A stretch of 64,000 nt of DNA from positions 1-64,000 of the IMG/VR virus record IMGVR_UViG_3300011883_000002. One strand, given 5' to 3'. Positions 56,453 to 64,000 of this stretch are shown in pieces. A program made the translations under genes and the position numbers. This stretch comes from a virus. Its lineage: Duplodnaviria; Caudoviricetes. The notes beneath the pieces were generated by a model. The model made no database searches and was not told the origin of the DNA. It was given only the letters and a program-made list of their open reading frames with translations. Numbering within the stretch: position 1 is the first letter of the stretch; every line of letters begins with the position of its first letter.

Positions 56453-57064
56453 ATGAATGTTGTGAGAGCAATGATAAAACCTACCATGATTTTAACAGTA
56501 TTAATCGCTATAAGCTGCGGATTGCAACCGATGTCTAATAAGGGATCTGATTTCTCTTCACATCATTCAAGGGTTCAGCCGGTCGAGGTGTCTTTAAGAC
56601 AGGACACACCAAAGGTTTCTGTTGTACGCCCACTTACTCCGGCCCAGATTGAGATGGCAAGGAAGATTAATAAGGCTTTCAGTTCTATTGACGACATTTC
56701 TAAGTCTACTGTTGATATTTCAGAGGCTACAAAGGAGATCGTGGCTACGAACCAAATGCTCGTGTCTATGACGGTTTCTCAGCAGAAGCAGATAGATAGC
56801 TTGGCTGAGACAGTAATCCCTTTATATGGGAGGATTGAGCGTCTACAGGTGGCGTTGGATGCATCAAGAAAGGAAGCTGAGGTTGTTCGCAAGAGTAATG
56901 AGGATGAGGCGAGGATGGCTAAGGGGTTCAGGAATTTAATGACCAGGTTCACGTCTTATATTTTCATTCCGTTTTGTGTATTCGGGTTTATTATTGGCAT
57001 CTGTTACTTTGTGTTGTGGATAAGAGAAGAGCGATTTAAGAATTTAGTTAAACATGGAGCCTAA
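56453..57064 (+). CDS. lipoprotein with coiled coil and C-terminal TM helix (spanin-like topology)
   Basis: ILTVLIAISC lipobox; FIPFCVFGFIIGICYFVLW TM; start moved to ATG 56453. Confidence 0.6.
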   Translation: MNVVRAMIKPTMILTVLIAISCGLQPMSNKGSDFSSHHSRVQPVEVSLRQDTPKVSVVRPLTPAQIEMARKINKAFSSIDDISKSTVDISEATKEIVATNQMLVSMTVSQQKQIDSLAETVIPLYGRIERLQVALDASRKEAEVVRKSNEDEARMAKGFRNLMTRFTSYIFIPFCVFGFIIGICYFVLWIREERFKNLVKHGA

Positions 57065-57066
57065 AA

Positions 57067-57357
57067 ATGCAAAGGAAACTTTCAAAGGGGTGGAATGGTG
57101 TACAGACTGCCTCCTTATTTATATGTCCTGGTTCGTATTACGCTTTAAACGTAATCAACAACAAGGAGTTGTTGCCGTGGATGAAGCCGGAGTGGTTGCC
57201 TTTTTTCGGTGTTCCGCTGTTGATTATATTTTGCGCTTCCTGTTTGTTCGGGGTTAAAGGCCTTGTTAGTATGGGTGCGGAGTTGAATGGAAGGTACAAG
57301 AGGTTATCTGAGATTGAGGAGCGGTATAAGAGGGAGCATGAGGATCAGAATAGTTAA
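57067..57357 (+). CDS. small membrane protein, holin/antiholin candidate
   Basis: Hydrophobic segments plus charged C-terminus; upstream of endolysin. Confidence 0.5.
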   Translation: MQRKLSKGWNGVQTASLFICPGSYYALNVINNKELLPWMKPEWLPFFGVPLLIIFCASCLFGVKGLVSMGAELNGRYKRLSEIEERYKREHEDQNS

Positions 57358-57380
57358 GATTTTTTTCATGGTTATGGTGG

Positions 57381-57424
57381 AGCCTGTGTCGAGATGATGC
57401 AGGCTTTTTTGTTTTGTATCTTTG
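57381..57424 (+). terminator. terminator followed by -7 promoter box
   Basis: AGCCTGTGTC/GATGCAGGCT plus T tract; TATCTTTG at 57417-57424. Confidence 0.8.
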
Positions 57425-57437
57425 GGTAAAAAAAGAC

Positions 57438-58088
57438 ATGGAAGAAATTAAACAACTATCAGACAGTGGCATCCAGTTTTTAATCAAGGAGGAGGGGTTG
57501 GTTAAGCGACCATACCTTGACTCGGTTGGTATACCGACGATTGGGATTGGGATGACGTATTATCCAAGTTCGGGGAAAAAGGTTAGGATGACGGATGCAC
57601 CACTTACGACTGAGAAAGCAATATCCGAGTTTAGGTTGATGGTCAAAACCTATGAGATGGGCGTGTATTCAGTTACAAGGGATGATATTAACCACAATCA
57701 ATTTGACTCAATGACTAGCCTTTGTTATAACATAGGTACGGCTGGTTTTAAGGGTTCAACACTGGTTCGTAAGGTAAATGCTAATCCTAACGATAGAGAA
57801 GGTATACAGGCTGCATTTGAGCTTTGGAAGAATGCAGGGAAAAAGCCTATTCTTTTAGGCCGACGTAGACGTGAGGCTGCTTTGTATTTTACACCAGACA
57901 GGAAGATTGGCTCGGATGATCAGTATGTGACTCATGTAAAAATGGTTCAATCAAAATTAAAATTGCCTGTAGATGGGATATTTGGTCCTCAAACAAAGGC
58001 CGCGGTGATTGTTTTTCAAAAGAAACACAAATTGGTTGCTGATGGAATAGTTGGCCCACAAACACTTAAATTTTTAAATAAATTATAG
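57438..58088 (+). CDS. endolysin: GH24 lysozyme plus C-terminal PG_binding_1 domain
   Basis: E-x8-D-x5-T triad (EGLVKRPYLDSVGIPT); VDGIFGPQT...ADGIVGPQT; start ATG 57438. Confidence 0.92.
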   Translation: MEEIKQLSDSGIQFLIKEEGLVKRPYLDSVGIPTIGIGMTYYPSSGKKVRMTDAPLTTEKAISEFRLMVKTYEMGVYSVTRDDINHNQFDSMTSLCYNIGTAGFKGSTLVRKVNANPNDREGIQAAFELWKNAGKKPILLGRRRREAALYFTPDRKIGSDDQYVTHVKMVQSKLKLPVDGIFGPQTKAAVIVFQKKHKLVADGIVGPQTLKFLNKL

Positions 58089-58090
58089 TT

Positions 58091-58339
58091 ATGGAACAAT
58101 TTGAAAACATGAAGGTCGTTCTGAGCAAGAAGTTCAGTTTGATGGGTAGGGATTATTTAAGAGGGTTGTTTATGGCTATGGGTACAGCTGCGGTTGCGGC
58201 AGGTGCGTGGTATCTGTTTAAGAATGGGGTGGTTGAACCTACAAAGACAATAGTTACCCCAGTACCTGAAGCAAAAGCTGAGCAGGTTCAGGAGGTGGTC
58301 CAAGAGTCACTTAATTCAGAAGATCATGGGACCAATTAA
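58091..58339 (+). CDS. single-TM holin-like protein
   Basis: SKKFSLMGRDYLRGLFMAMGTAAVAAGAWYLFKN. Confidence 0.5.
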   Translation: MEQFENMKVVLSKKFSLMGRDYLRGLFMAMGTAAVAAGAWYLFKNGVVEPTKTIVTPVPEAKAEQVQEVVQESLNSEDHGTN

Positions 58340-58892
58340 AAGGCCTGTATGGAAGATTATATGGTTTTATATCGTGTTGTTCATGTTGCTTGTTCTGATA
58401 GCCTTGTTGGCCTCCTGCGGTACACGTAAAGCATCTGTAACCATTGAAAAGTCAAAGGATCAAAGCAGTGAGTCTATTCGTGAGGCTGGATCGACCAAAG
58501 AGGAAAGTATTTCGGAAACGAAGGAGCTGGTGAAGGATTCGGTTAAGAAAAAGACTGAGGTTGCGTCAACCAAAGTAACAGAGGAGTTTGGTGATGATGG
58601 TAAGGTCAAAAAGAGGACCACTGAGACGGTCAACAAGACTAAGGTGGACAATTCGACCAAGACTCAGGAAAAGTCCGGCAGAGAGGCTAAAACGAAGCTC
58701 AATACTTACAAGAGGTTTATAGATACTCATCGGACGATCACCAGTAAGAATAAGAGTAAGGATGTAGAGCGGTCGAATACACTAGCTGAGAACGTGGGAG
58801 GTAAAGGGACGATCATTTGGTCAGTCTTGATAATATCTATTGTTGTAGGTGTTTATTTCGCGTTTAAAAACGCTTTATTTAAAAAGAAGTGA
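58326..58892 (+). CDS. lipoprotein with C-terminal TM helix, unimolecular-spanin candidate
   Basis: LIALLASC-GTRK lipobox; C-terminal IIWSVLIISIVVGVYFAF. Confidence 0.65.
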   Translation: MGPIKRPVWKIIWFYIVLFMLLVLIALLASCGTRKASVTIEKSKDQSSESIREAGSTKEESISETKELVKDSVKKKTEVASTKVTEEFGDDGKVKKRTTETVNKTKVDNSTKTQEKSGREAKTKLNTYKRFIDTHRTITSKNKSKDVERSNTLAENVGGKGTIIWSVLIISIVVGVYFAFKNALFKKK

Positions 58893-59011
58893 TACATTTG
58901 AATTGTAGTTGGTAGCCTTCGAAACTAAACCAATTAGAAAACATTTATAACCCTTATTACCTGAGTAGCGAGTTCGAAGGCGCCAAAGGGTAGTAAGGGT
59001 TTTGTTATTTT
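58893..59011 (+). promoter_or_regulatory. promoter box plus structured leader of the HNH gene
   Basis: TACATTTG 58893-58900; stem 58949-58961/58989-59001; GCCTTCGAA 58915-58923 complementary to loop 58973-58981. Confidence 0.7.
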
Positions 59012-59560
59012 ATGAGTAAGTCAAAACCACTTCCGTCATTGGATATTTTAAACAAAACTTTCACCTATGATCCTATTACAGGTATTCTTGCATGGAAAGA
59101 TAGACCCGATTTTCATCATAGAACTAATGCGAGACTTAGGGGTAAGCCGGCCGGTTCTCAAGACTTTAGCGGAAATAGTAATGGTAGACTGAAGGTTAGT
59201 ATAAATGGCGTAAAATATATGGTTCATAGATTAATCTATTACATGTATTATGAATTAATCCCAGACGTAATAGACCATAAAGACGGTGATCCCTCTAATA
59301 ATAAAATTGAAAACTTAAGGAGTGTGACTACTCTTTTGAACGGCAGAAACCTTAGAAGGAGGGTTGTTGGGTGTACGGGTGTCACTGGTGTTTATTTTGA
59401 AAAGAAGCATAATAAGTATGCAGCAAGGATTTATAATAATGAAAGAGTCTATTTGAATTTAGGTCTTTTTGGTACAATTGAGGAGGCTAAGAATGCAAGG
59501 GATAAGGTTAAGGATAAATATGGTTATACAGATGATCATGGTTATTCCCCTCAAAAATAA
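59012..59560 (+). CDS. HNH homing endonuclease with AP2 domain
   Basis: IDHKDGDPSNNKIENLR; TGVTGVYF...KYAARI...LGLFGTIEEAKNAR. Confidence 0.92.
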   Translation: MSKSKPLPSLDILNKTFTYDPITGILAWKDRPDFHHRTNARLRGKPAGSQDFSGNSNGRLKVSINGVKYMVHRLIYYMYYELIPDVIDHKDGDPSNNKIENLRSVTTLLNGRNLRRRVVGCTGVTGVYFEKKHNKYAARIYNNERVYLNLGLFGTIEEAKNARDKVKDKYGYTDDHGYSPQK

Positions 59561-59573
59561 TAACCATCAAATA

Positions 59574-59614
59574 AAAAAGCCAGGTACACATAAGCGTCCT
59601 GGCTTTCTCTTTTT
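59574..59614. terminator. bidirectional terminator between convergent operons
   Basis: A tract, AAAGCCAGG/CCTGGCTTT stem, T-rich tail. Confidence 0.8.
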
Positions 59615-59623
59615 AATGTGGGT

Positions 59624-59812
59624 TTACTCAGCTTCCTTGTCAGCTTTCTTTTTGGCTGCAATCTCTGCACGGTACTCTTTTGTGAGTCTACCGATTTGAA
59701 GTAAGCTGCCCCGGAGCCTGGTTCCCGCTGCTCCATTACCTTTCTGAGTAAATTTGTCGTAATCAGACTCTGCGTTTGCAATTAATTCTTTGATCTGTGT
59801 GAACTTGTCCAT
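59624..59812 (-). CDS. Hc1 / histone-H1-like nucleoid protein
   Basis: MDKFTQIKELIANAESDYDKFTQKGNGAAGTRLR matches the Bacteroidota KF..KGN.AAGTR.R family; start ATG 59812. Confidence 0.8.
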   Translation of the reverse strand: MDKFTQIKELIANAESDYDKFTQKGNGAAGTRLRGSLLQIGRLTKEYRAEIAAKKKADKEAE

Positions 59813-59822
59813 GTTGTTGATT

Positions 59823-60014
59823 TTAAAAATTATTATTAAATAAACGTAATACGTCATCGGCTACCTCGAGCCAAGCGTTTGATTGTTTGTTTTTGGTTTC
59901 ATCTGCAAAGAACTCTTCTGCAGATGGTAGCGGATATCCATTGAAAGCCTTGCCTCCAACTTCTTTGCAGTACAAGGTGTACATGCGATGTGCCAGTGTG
60001 ATTCTGTCGATCAT
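59823..60014 (-). CDS. conserved hypothetical phage protein
   Basis: YC.EVGGKAFNG.PLP...KQSNAW pattern. Confidence 0.7.
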   Translation of the reverse strand: MIDRITLAHRMYTLYCKEVGGKAFNGYPLPSAEEFFADETKNKQSNAWLEVADDVLRLFNNNF

Positions 60015-60031
60015 TGTTTTAAAATCAAGGG

Positions 60032-60346
60032 TTAAATAATCTGGTTTAATTTGCTGATGACCATATTTAATTTATATGACACCCTGCATGCTTTGTTGTA
60101 TTGTTCCTCTAAAAAGTCAGAATAATCAGTGGGATGCCTGGTTGAAGGATCTTTTCTGATGTCGTCTAAGTCTTGTGGTGGATCTGCCTTGATCTCGTTT
60201 ATCTTGGCATAGATTAATTCAGATTGCTGAAGCAGTTCTTCGAGTTTAACCTCAATGTTTTGAGCGAATTGTTGAAGTACTTTTGGAGCCTCTATTTCTC
60301 CAATATTTACTTTTGGCTCGAAATTCATTCCGCTTGGGTTTACCAT
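60032..60346 (-). CDS. coiled-coil hypothetical protein (start uncertain)
   Basis: ATG 60346 has A-rich context and avoids overlap. Confidence 0.55.
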   Translation of the reverse strand: MVNPSGMNFEPKVNIGEIEAPKVLQQFAQNIEVKLEELLQQSELIYAKINEIKADPPQDLDDIRKDPSTRHPTDYSDFLEEQYNKACRVSYKLNMVISKLNQII

Positions 60347-60371
60347 GTTTCTTGATTTTATAAGTGAATAA

Positions 60372-61289
60372 TTAAATTGAATTACGTTGTTGTTCAGAGG
60401 AGCCTCCATTAAGCATCTTGCTCCTTACTTTGTCGTGTGAGATCTGCGCCAGTTCTTCAAGTGAAGTGTTTACCGACGATGCGCAGATATTAAGGTAGTA
60501 AACCACATCGGCCAACTCTTTGATGTATTTCTCACGGTTTTCTTCAGGGAGTTCGAAGTTTAGTTTGAAGGTTTTTTTTCTTACTTCTTTCTTTATGCCC
60601 TCTAAAATGAAAGTTGAGGCTAAAACATCTACTATAGCTATGGTGGCATCACCGTCTATTGTTGGGTCGTACTTCAGTTCTTCTAATGCCTCACCAGCTT
60701 CGCCTACCAAGCCTAAAATTGCAACGTCATTGATTTCCCCCTCCTTGTACCCCAGCTCCTTCTGAAGGGCTGTAAGGCGGTCAAAACTACTCTGATCTGT
60801 GTTGTTTATCGTTAATGAGTCGCTGCCTTCAGCGGCTAATTTTAGAGGGTATTGTAGGTACTGAACGTCAATAACGATACCTATCCCGCGTTTCTCTCCG
60901 TGATGTAGAATCATAAATGTTGAGTGAGGGATGTCTGTTTTATAGGTCCACCCGCGACTATCGTTTTCACACCACTGAGCGGTAACTATTTGCTTAGCTT
61001 CAAGTGCTTGAAGATATAAAGCGTAAGTTTCCTTTAATTCAGAATGTTCATCAGCCATATCTCCAGAATGTTTAACCATAAAAGCGCGTCCGTCATTAAG
61101 TAGAACAAAATCACCGCCCCTATAACATCCTATTTCATCGTTGCCAAATCCGTCAATCTCGGTAAGATCATCAGAATATCCATAAATAATTATTAGTCCA
61201 TTATCCTTTGCTTTTTTTGAAAGTTCATCAGAAACCTCGTTTCCGTACTCGCAGCCATTTAAGGCTTCAGCTAACTGTTCCTTAGTCAT
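60372..61289 (-). CDS. fusion of a phage DUF domain and a MazG-like NTP pyrophosphohydrolase
   Basis: LGLVGEAGEALE and KELADVVYYL motifs; N-terminal IYGYSDDL domain; start ATG 61289. Confidence 0.75.
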   Translation of the reverse strand: MTKEQLAEALNGCEYGNEVSDELSKKAKDNGLIIIYGYSDDLTEIDGFGNDEIGCYRGGDFVLLNDGRAFMVKHSGDMADEHSELKETYALYLQALEAKQIVTAQWCENDSRGWTYKTDIPHSTFMILHHGEKRGIGIVIDVQYLQYPLKLAAEGSDSLTINNTDQSSFDRLTALQKELGYKEGEINDVAILGLVGEAGEALEELKYDPTIDGDATIAIVDVLASTFILEGIKKEVRKKTFKLNFELPEENREKYIKELADVVYYLNICASSVNTSLEELAQISHDKVRSKMLNGGSSEQQRNSI

Positions 61290-61779
61290 TGCCGAAAAGA
61301 TTATAAGCAAGACTGAAATTCAATGTAGGGCAGATGTACCAGTCTGCCGGTCCTTTCTTGAAGTAGAACTTTTGAGCGATTGCACCGATCCCGACACGGC
61401 CATCGAGATCACCGGTCATTGGAATAGAAAGGTAAGCTTCGCTGCGGAAGGTATAGTCGCCTTTCTTGCGTGCAGGTTTATCGACGAACTTCGCTGCAGC
61501 TGCAGACCAGTCAAGCTTCATATTTTCGAACCTTGCCACGGTAACGTATAGCTTCGCTCCTACGGCCGTATAATTCTGAAACTTACTATCTGCTTCGACT
61601 GTGGCAGAAAGTCCTGCATATCGACCAGAAAGCTGTAATTCTCCACCGAAGTTGCCGACTGTGGGTGATGTGACGAAATCATTTGTACCAGCGGTGGCAA
61701 TAATGTTTAAGCCTGGTTGTGTTTGGGCAGTTCCGGCTAATGATAGCAGCAGAAGTGCGGATGTGATTAAGTGTTTCAT
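61282..61779 (-). CDS. secreted beta-strand-rich protein, small outer-membrane beta-barrel candidate
   Basis: Signal peptide MKHLITSALLLLSLAGTA; amphipathic strands; terminal strand NFSLAYNLF. Confidence 0.6.
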   Translation of the reverse strand: MKHLITSALLLLSLAGTAQTQPGLNIIATAGTNDFVTSPTVGNFGGELQLSGRYAGLSATVEADSKFQNYTAVGAKLYVTVARFENMKLDWSAAAAKFVDKPARKKGDYTFRSEAYLSIPMTGDLDGRVGIGAIAQKFYFKKGPADWYICPTLNFSLAYNLFGND

Positions 61780-61780
61780 T

Positions 61781-62818
61781 TTAAAGTGATTTAAGTGCGT
61801 GAGATAGGTCTTCAATGTCTGAGGGCCAAAGTTTAATTGTTTCTCCGTCTTTGGGTATAATAATACTGTCACTGGATACTATTGCAGTTCTGTTGTTGTA
61901 AAGCTTTACCTTAACTTCTTTGGGCTTGTTAGCCTCGGTAATCCATTTCTCTGCTTCTTTTTTGGTTGCGAAAATCTTTGCAAAAGGAGAATTTGGATCA
62001 AACACTCCGTTATCAGTAACCGTGAAAATGTGCTTGTCAACCCGATGGTCTTCATGTGAGGCTAATGCCCATTGCTTTGCATTTTGAATAGCCATCCAGC
62101 AATTATCCCCTTTATAGAGCGGTACACCGTCTTGGGATATAAGTATAGCTACTTTGTGCTCGGCAATCCAAGCTTCGGCTGCTTCTTGGGTGGAAAAGTA
62201 AAAAGTATTTTCTTCCCGGTTTTTAGGGAAGTGTTTTAAAATTGCAATTTTCCAAGGGCTATCCTCCCAAATAATATTTTCTGTGCAGTTGTATATTCTT
62301 TGCGGCACCCACGGTTTGTCTGAAACAAACAAATCTTTTCCGTCTTCAGACTTACAAAAGAACTCAGGGACTTTAATTCCTGCTTCTGCAGCAAAGTCAG
62401 AGAATGTAATAACAGTGTATCCTCTATCTTTAAAAGTTTTAAAAGGTGTTGATGAATCGCACATATAGGAGAAGTTATCTTTGTACTCAACCTCGTGAGG
62501 TCTGTACGTTTCATACTCCACGTGTATTGTGTTATCTCCTGATAGGGGGATCCATTTTTTTAGTTTAAAATGCTTCATAAGCAACTTAAACTCTCGCTCG
62601 TTTCCTACTTGTATAGCAACCTTGCCTTCCAGGATGCTTTTGGGCTTGTATAAGGTTGTAATCGAAGTGCTTTCAGTTGCTTCCACTATGAAGCCTGTTT
62701 GGAGTTTAACATCTATTCCTTTGACGTGTATTGCCTCTGTATCGGGCTTGGTTAAGCTTAATAGATACTCGTACTCTTCTCTATCGATCAATACTTTTGG
62801 TTTGCTGAACTCTCCCAT
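61781..62818 (-). CDS. multi-domain hypothetical protein
   Basis: 345 aa; repeated FSTQEAAEAWI / FATKKEAEKWI motif. Confidence 0.7.
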   Translation of the reverse strand: MGEFSKPKVLIDREEYEYLLSLTKPDTEAIHVKGIDVKLQTGFIVEATESTSITTLYKPKSILEGKVAIQVGNEREFKLLMKHFKLKKWIPLSGDNTIHVEYETYRPHEVEYKDNFSYMCDSSTPFKTFKDRGYTVITFSDFAAEAGIKVPEFFCKSEDGKDLFVSDKPWVPQRIYNCTENIIWEDSPWKIAILKHFPKNREENTFYFSTQEAAEAWIAEHKVAILISQDGVPLYKGDNCWMAIQNAKQWALASHEDHRVDKHIFTVTDNGVFDPNSPFAKIFATKKEAEKWITEANKPKEVKVKLYNNRTAIVSSDSIIIPKDGETIKLWPSDIEDLSHALKSL

Positions 62819-62820
62819 GA

Positions 62821-63303
62821 TTATTTAGATTTAGGTTCAAAGAAAAACAGATCCGCTTCACGGATTACCAAATAATCTATTCCCTCGTGAGGAAAAGAAG
62901 TGGCCGCAAAAGGGCTGTAATAAACCCTGTCGCCTACTTTGGTCTGCATAGGGATAAGAACACCTTCAGAAGAGTAAATGCCAGGACCGGCTCCTATTAC
63001 AGTGCCTACGCTTGGACGCTCTTGTGCAGCGTCAGGGATGTGGATACCAGCATCTGTTACTTCTTGTACTGGATCGGGAAGGATAATGATCCTGTTTTCG
63101 ATTGGGATAAGATTTAAATCTTTCATTTTTGGTTGTTTATGTGGGTTATTGTAAAATTGTTCTTGAGCGGCGTACTCTTCAAGGTTCATCCATAGCCTCT
63201 CTCCATTGGGGCCTTTAATTGCCATCTTCTTAGCTATTTCACCTAAGTCAGTTCTGCCTGGCCCAGTCTGATATGGGGTTTGTTCGTCTCCTAATTGACT
63301 CAT
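62821..63303 (-). CDS. groES: co-chaperonin GroES (Cpn10) with in-frame 59-aa N-terminal extension or internal start at 63126
   Basis: LIPIENRIII.PD..QEVTDAGIHIPDAAQERPSVGTVIGAGPG...KVGDRV...YLVIREAD. Confidence 0.9.
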   Translation of the reverse strand: MSQLGDEQTPYQTGPGRTDLGEIAKKMAIKGPNGERLWMNLEEYAAQEQFYNNPHKQPKMKDLNLIPIENRIIILPDPVQEVTDAGIHIPDAAQERPSVGTVIGAGPGIYSSEGVLIPMQTKVGDRVYYSPFAATSFPHEGIDYLVIREADLFFFEPKSK

Positions 63304-63515
63304 TATTTCTTTTTTAAGAGGTTATACATTCTGTCGATTAGGCGGTTGATGGAATGAACCTCGTTGGCTATCATTTGTCTTTCTTTGCCGAAATAATAGG
63401 GGTAACTCTCTTTGTTTTTGAATAGACCTAATGAATAGGTTAGGTGCTTCTTTTTGTTCTCCCAGTATTCTATCCTTTCTCGGATAAGCGTACTGCGTGA
63501 CTTGAGGCAGCGCAT
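63303..63515 (-). CDS. basic hypothetical protein
   Basis: Start moved to ATG 63515, 2 nt after the upstream stop. Confidence 0.6.
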   Translation of the reverse strand: MRCLKSRSTLIRERIEYWENKKKHLTYSLGLFKNKESYPYYFGKERQMIANEVHSINRLIDRMYNLLKKK

Positions 63516-63517
63516 GG

Positions 63518-63715
63518 CTAAAGCTCGTCGGTTATTACAAGACACTTTTCTACTGCCCACTCTTTCTTGGGGATTTCAGGGGCTTTGAAGGTAACGTCAC
63601 GAACCTCTGCTGTAAATGCTCCTGAGTATCCGTAATCGTCATCTTCCTGCATGATCATAACGTCCATGTGGTCAGGTAGATCTGCAATTTTCTGTTTTAG
63701 TTCTGCTACTGTCAT
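63518..63715 (-). CDS. hypothetical protein (MTVAELK..IADLP start)
   Basis: Common phage N-terminal pattern. Confidence 0.7.
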   Translation of the reverse strand: MTVAELKQKIADLPDHMDVMIMQEDDDYGYSGAFTAEVRDVTFKAPEIPKKEWAVEKCLVITDEL

Positions 63716-63717
63716 GG

Positions 63718-63978
63718 CTAAGTGGTTTTGTTGATTTCTTCCTCTTTCTTAATTTCTTTCTCGACCTCTCGGGTGTCAATCAAGTCGAACCCGATCTTGT
63801 GGTTAAGGAACACCGCGAGTTCTAAAATGTCCCGCAGCCCCAGTACGTTGAAGTAAAATTCATTACCATCCTCGGTATCTACGAAAAAGGCAATATTCTT
63901 GTTGCCTGGGGTGTTTTCTGCGTCGATCTGTAACTCCGCAAGGTTTTCACCTTCTTTGATTTTGAATTCTATTGGCAT
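63718..63978 (-). CDS. acidic hypothetical protein
   Basis: ORF with A-rich start context. Confidence 0.65.
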   Translation of the reverse strand: MPIEFKIKEGENLAELQIDAENTPGNKNIAFFVDTEDGNEFYFNVLGLRDILELAVFLNHKIGFDLIDTREVEKEIKKEEEINKTT

Positions 63979-64000
63979 AATATTTAAGATTTAATTTGGC

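Larger units (their letters stand above)
1..64000. mobile_element. Bacteroidota podovirus-type tailed phage genome (partial; free phage or prophage not determinable)
   Basis: TerL-portal-scaffold-MCP-tail-ejection-lysis gene order; no host housekeeping genes; many TAnnTTTG boxes; no tape measure or sheath gene. Confidence 0.95.

Noticed and set aside
57054-57257. Overlapping alternative ORF (Rz/Rz1-like nested gene)
   Set aside because: No lipobox or clear TM helix; 57067-57357 has the better membrane-protein pattern.
1-64000. Stop-codon reassignment as in some crAss-like phages
   Set aside because: Long genes are open under code 11, and TAG/TGA act as normal coupled stops.

Overview
The whole window is a tailed phage genome segment of a Bacteroidota host. 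The evidence for the host is TAnnTTTG promoter boxes and A-rich, SD-less translation starts. Virion genes indicate a podovirus. Layout: (i) 1-12.7 kb, minus-strand early/middle genes: YqaJ-like exonuclease, Rad52-like annealing protein, NUMOD4-HNH, SEC-C, KTSC, GHKL ATPase, a double-wHTH protein, and many tiny or membrane ORFs that the ORF track missed. (ii) About 1.4 kb of non-coding divergent control region (12.73-14.16 kb). (iii) 14.2-21.9 kb, plus-strand replication genes: RepL-like, NinB-like, Cro-like HTH, DUF1376 initiator with an internal iteron origin, DnaB-type helicase, PAPS-reductase-like protein. (iv) 22-56.3 kb, morphogenesis: triple-GroES-like protein, TerS/TerL, portal, scaffold, major capsid, tail adaptor/nozzle, ejection proteins including a ~2,600-aa giant, tail fibres, a GH10 glycoside hydrolase and a beta-helix tailspike. 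(v) Lysis cassette and HNH-AP2. (vi) 59.6-64 kb, minus-strand genes: Hc1 histone-like protein, MazG fusion, beta-barrel protein, GroES. I saw no integrase, DNA polymerase, primase, tRNA, CRISPR array or reverse transcriptase. Best leads: an A10 run that frameshifts the true 5' end of the giant ejection gene; a catalytically intact GH10 enzyme in the tail module; two unrelated leaders sharing one loop-pairing RNA architecture; a train of six membrane microproteins; two co-chaperonin types; SSB-tail mimic C-termini. Family names come from motif recognition by eye; no searches were run.
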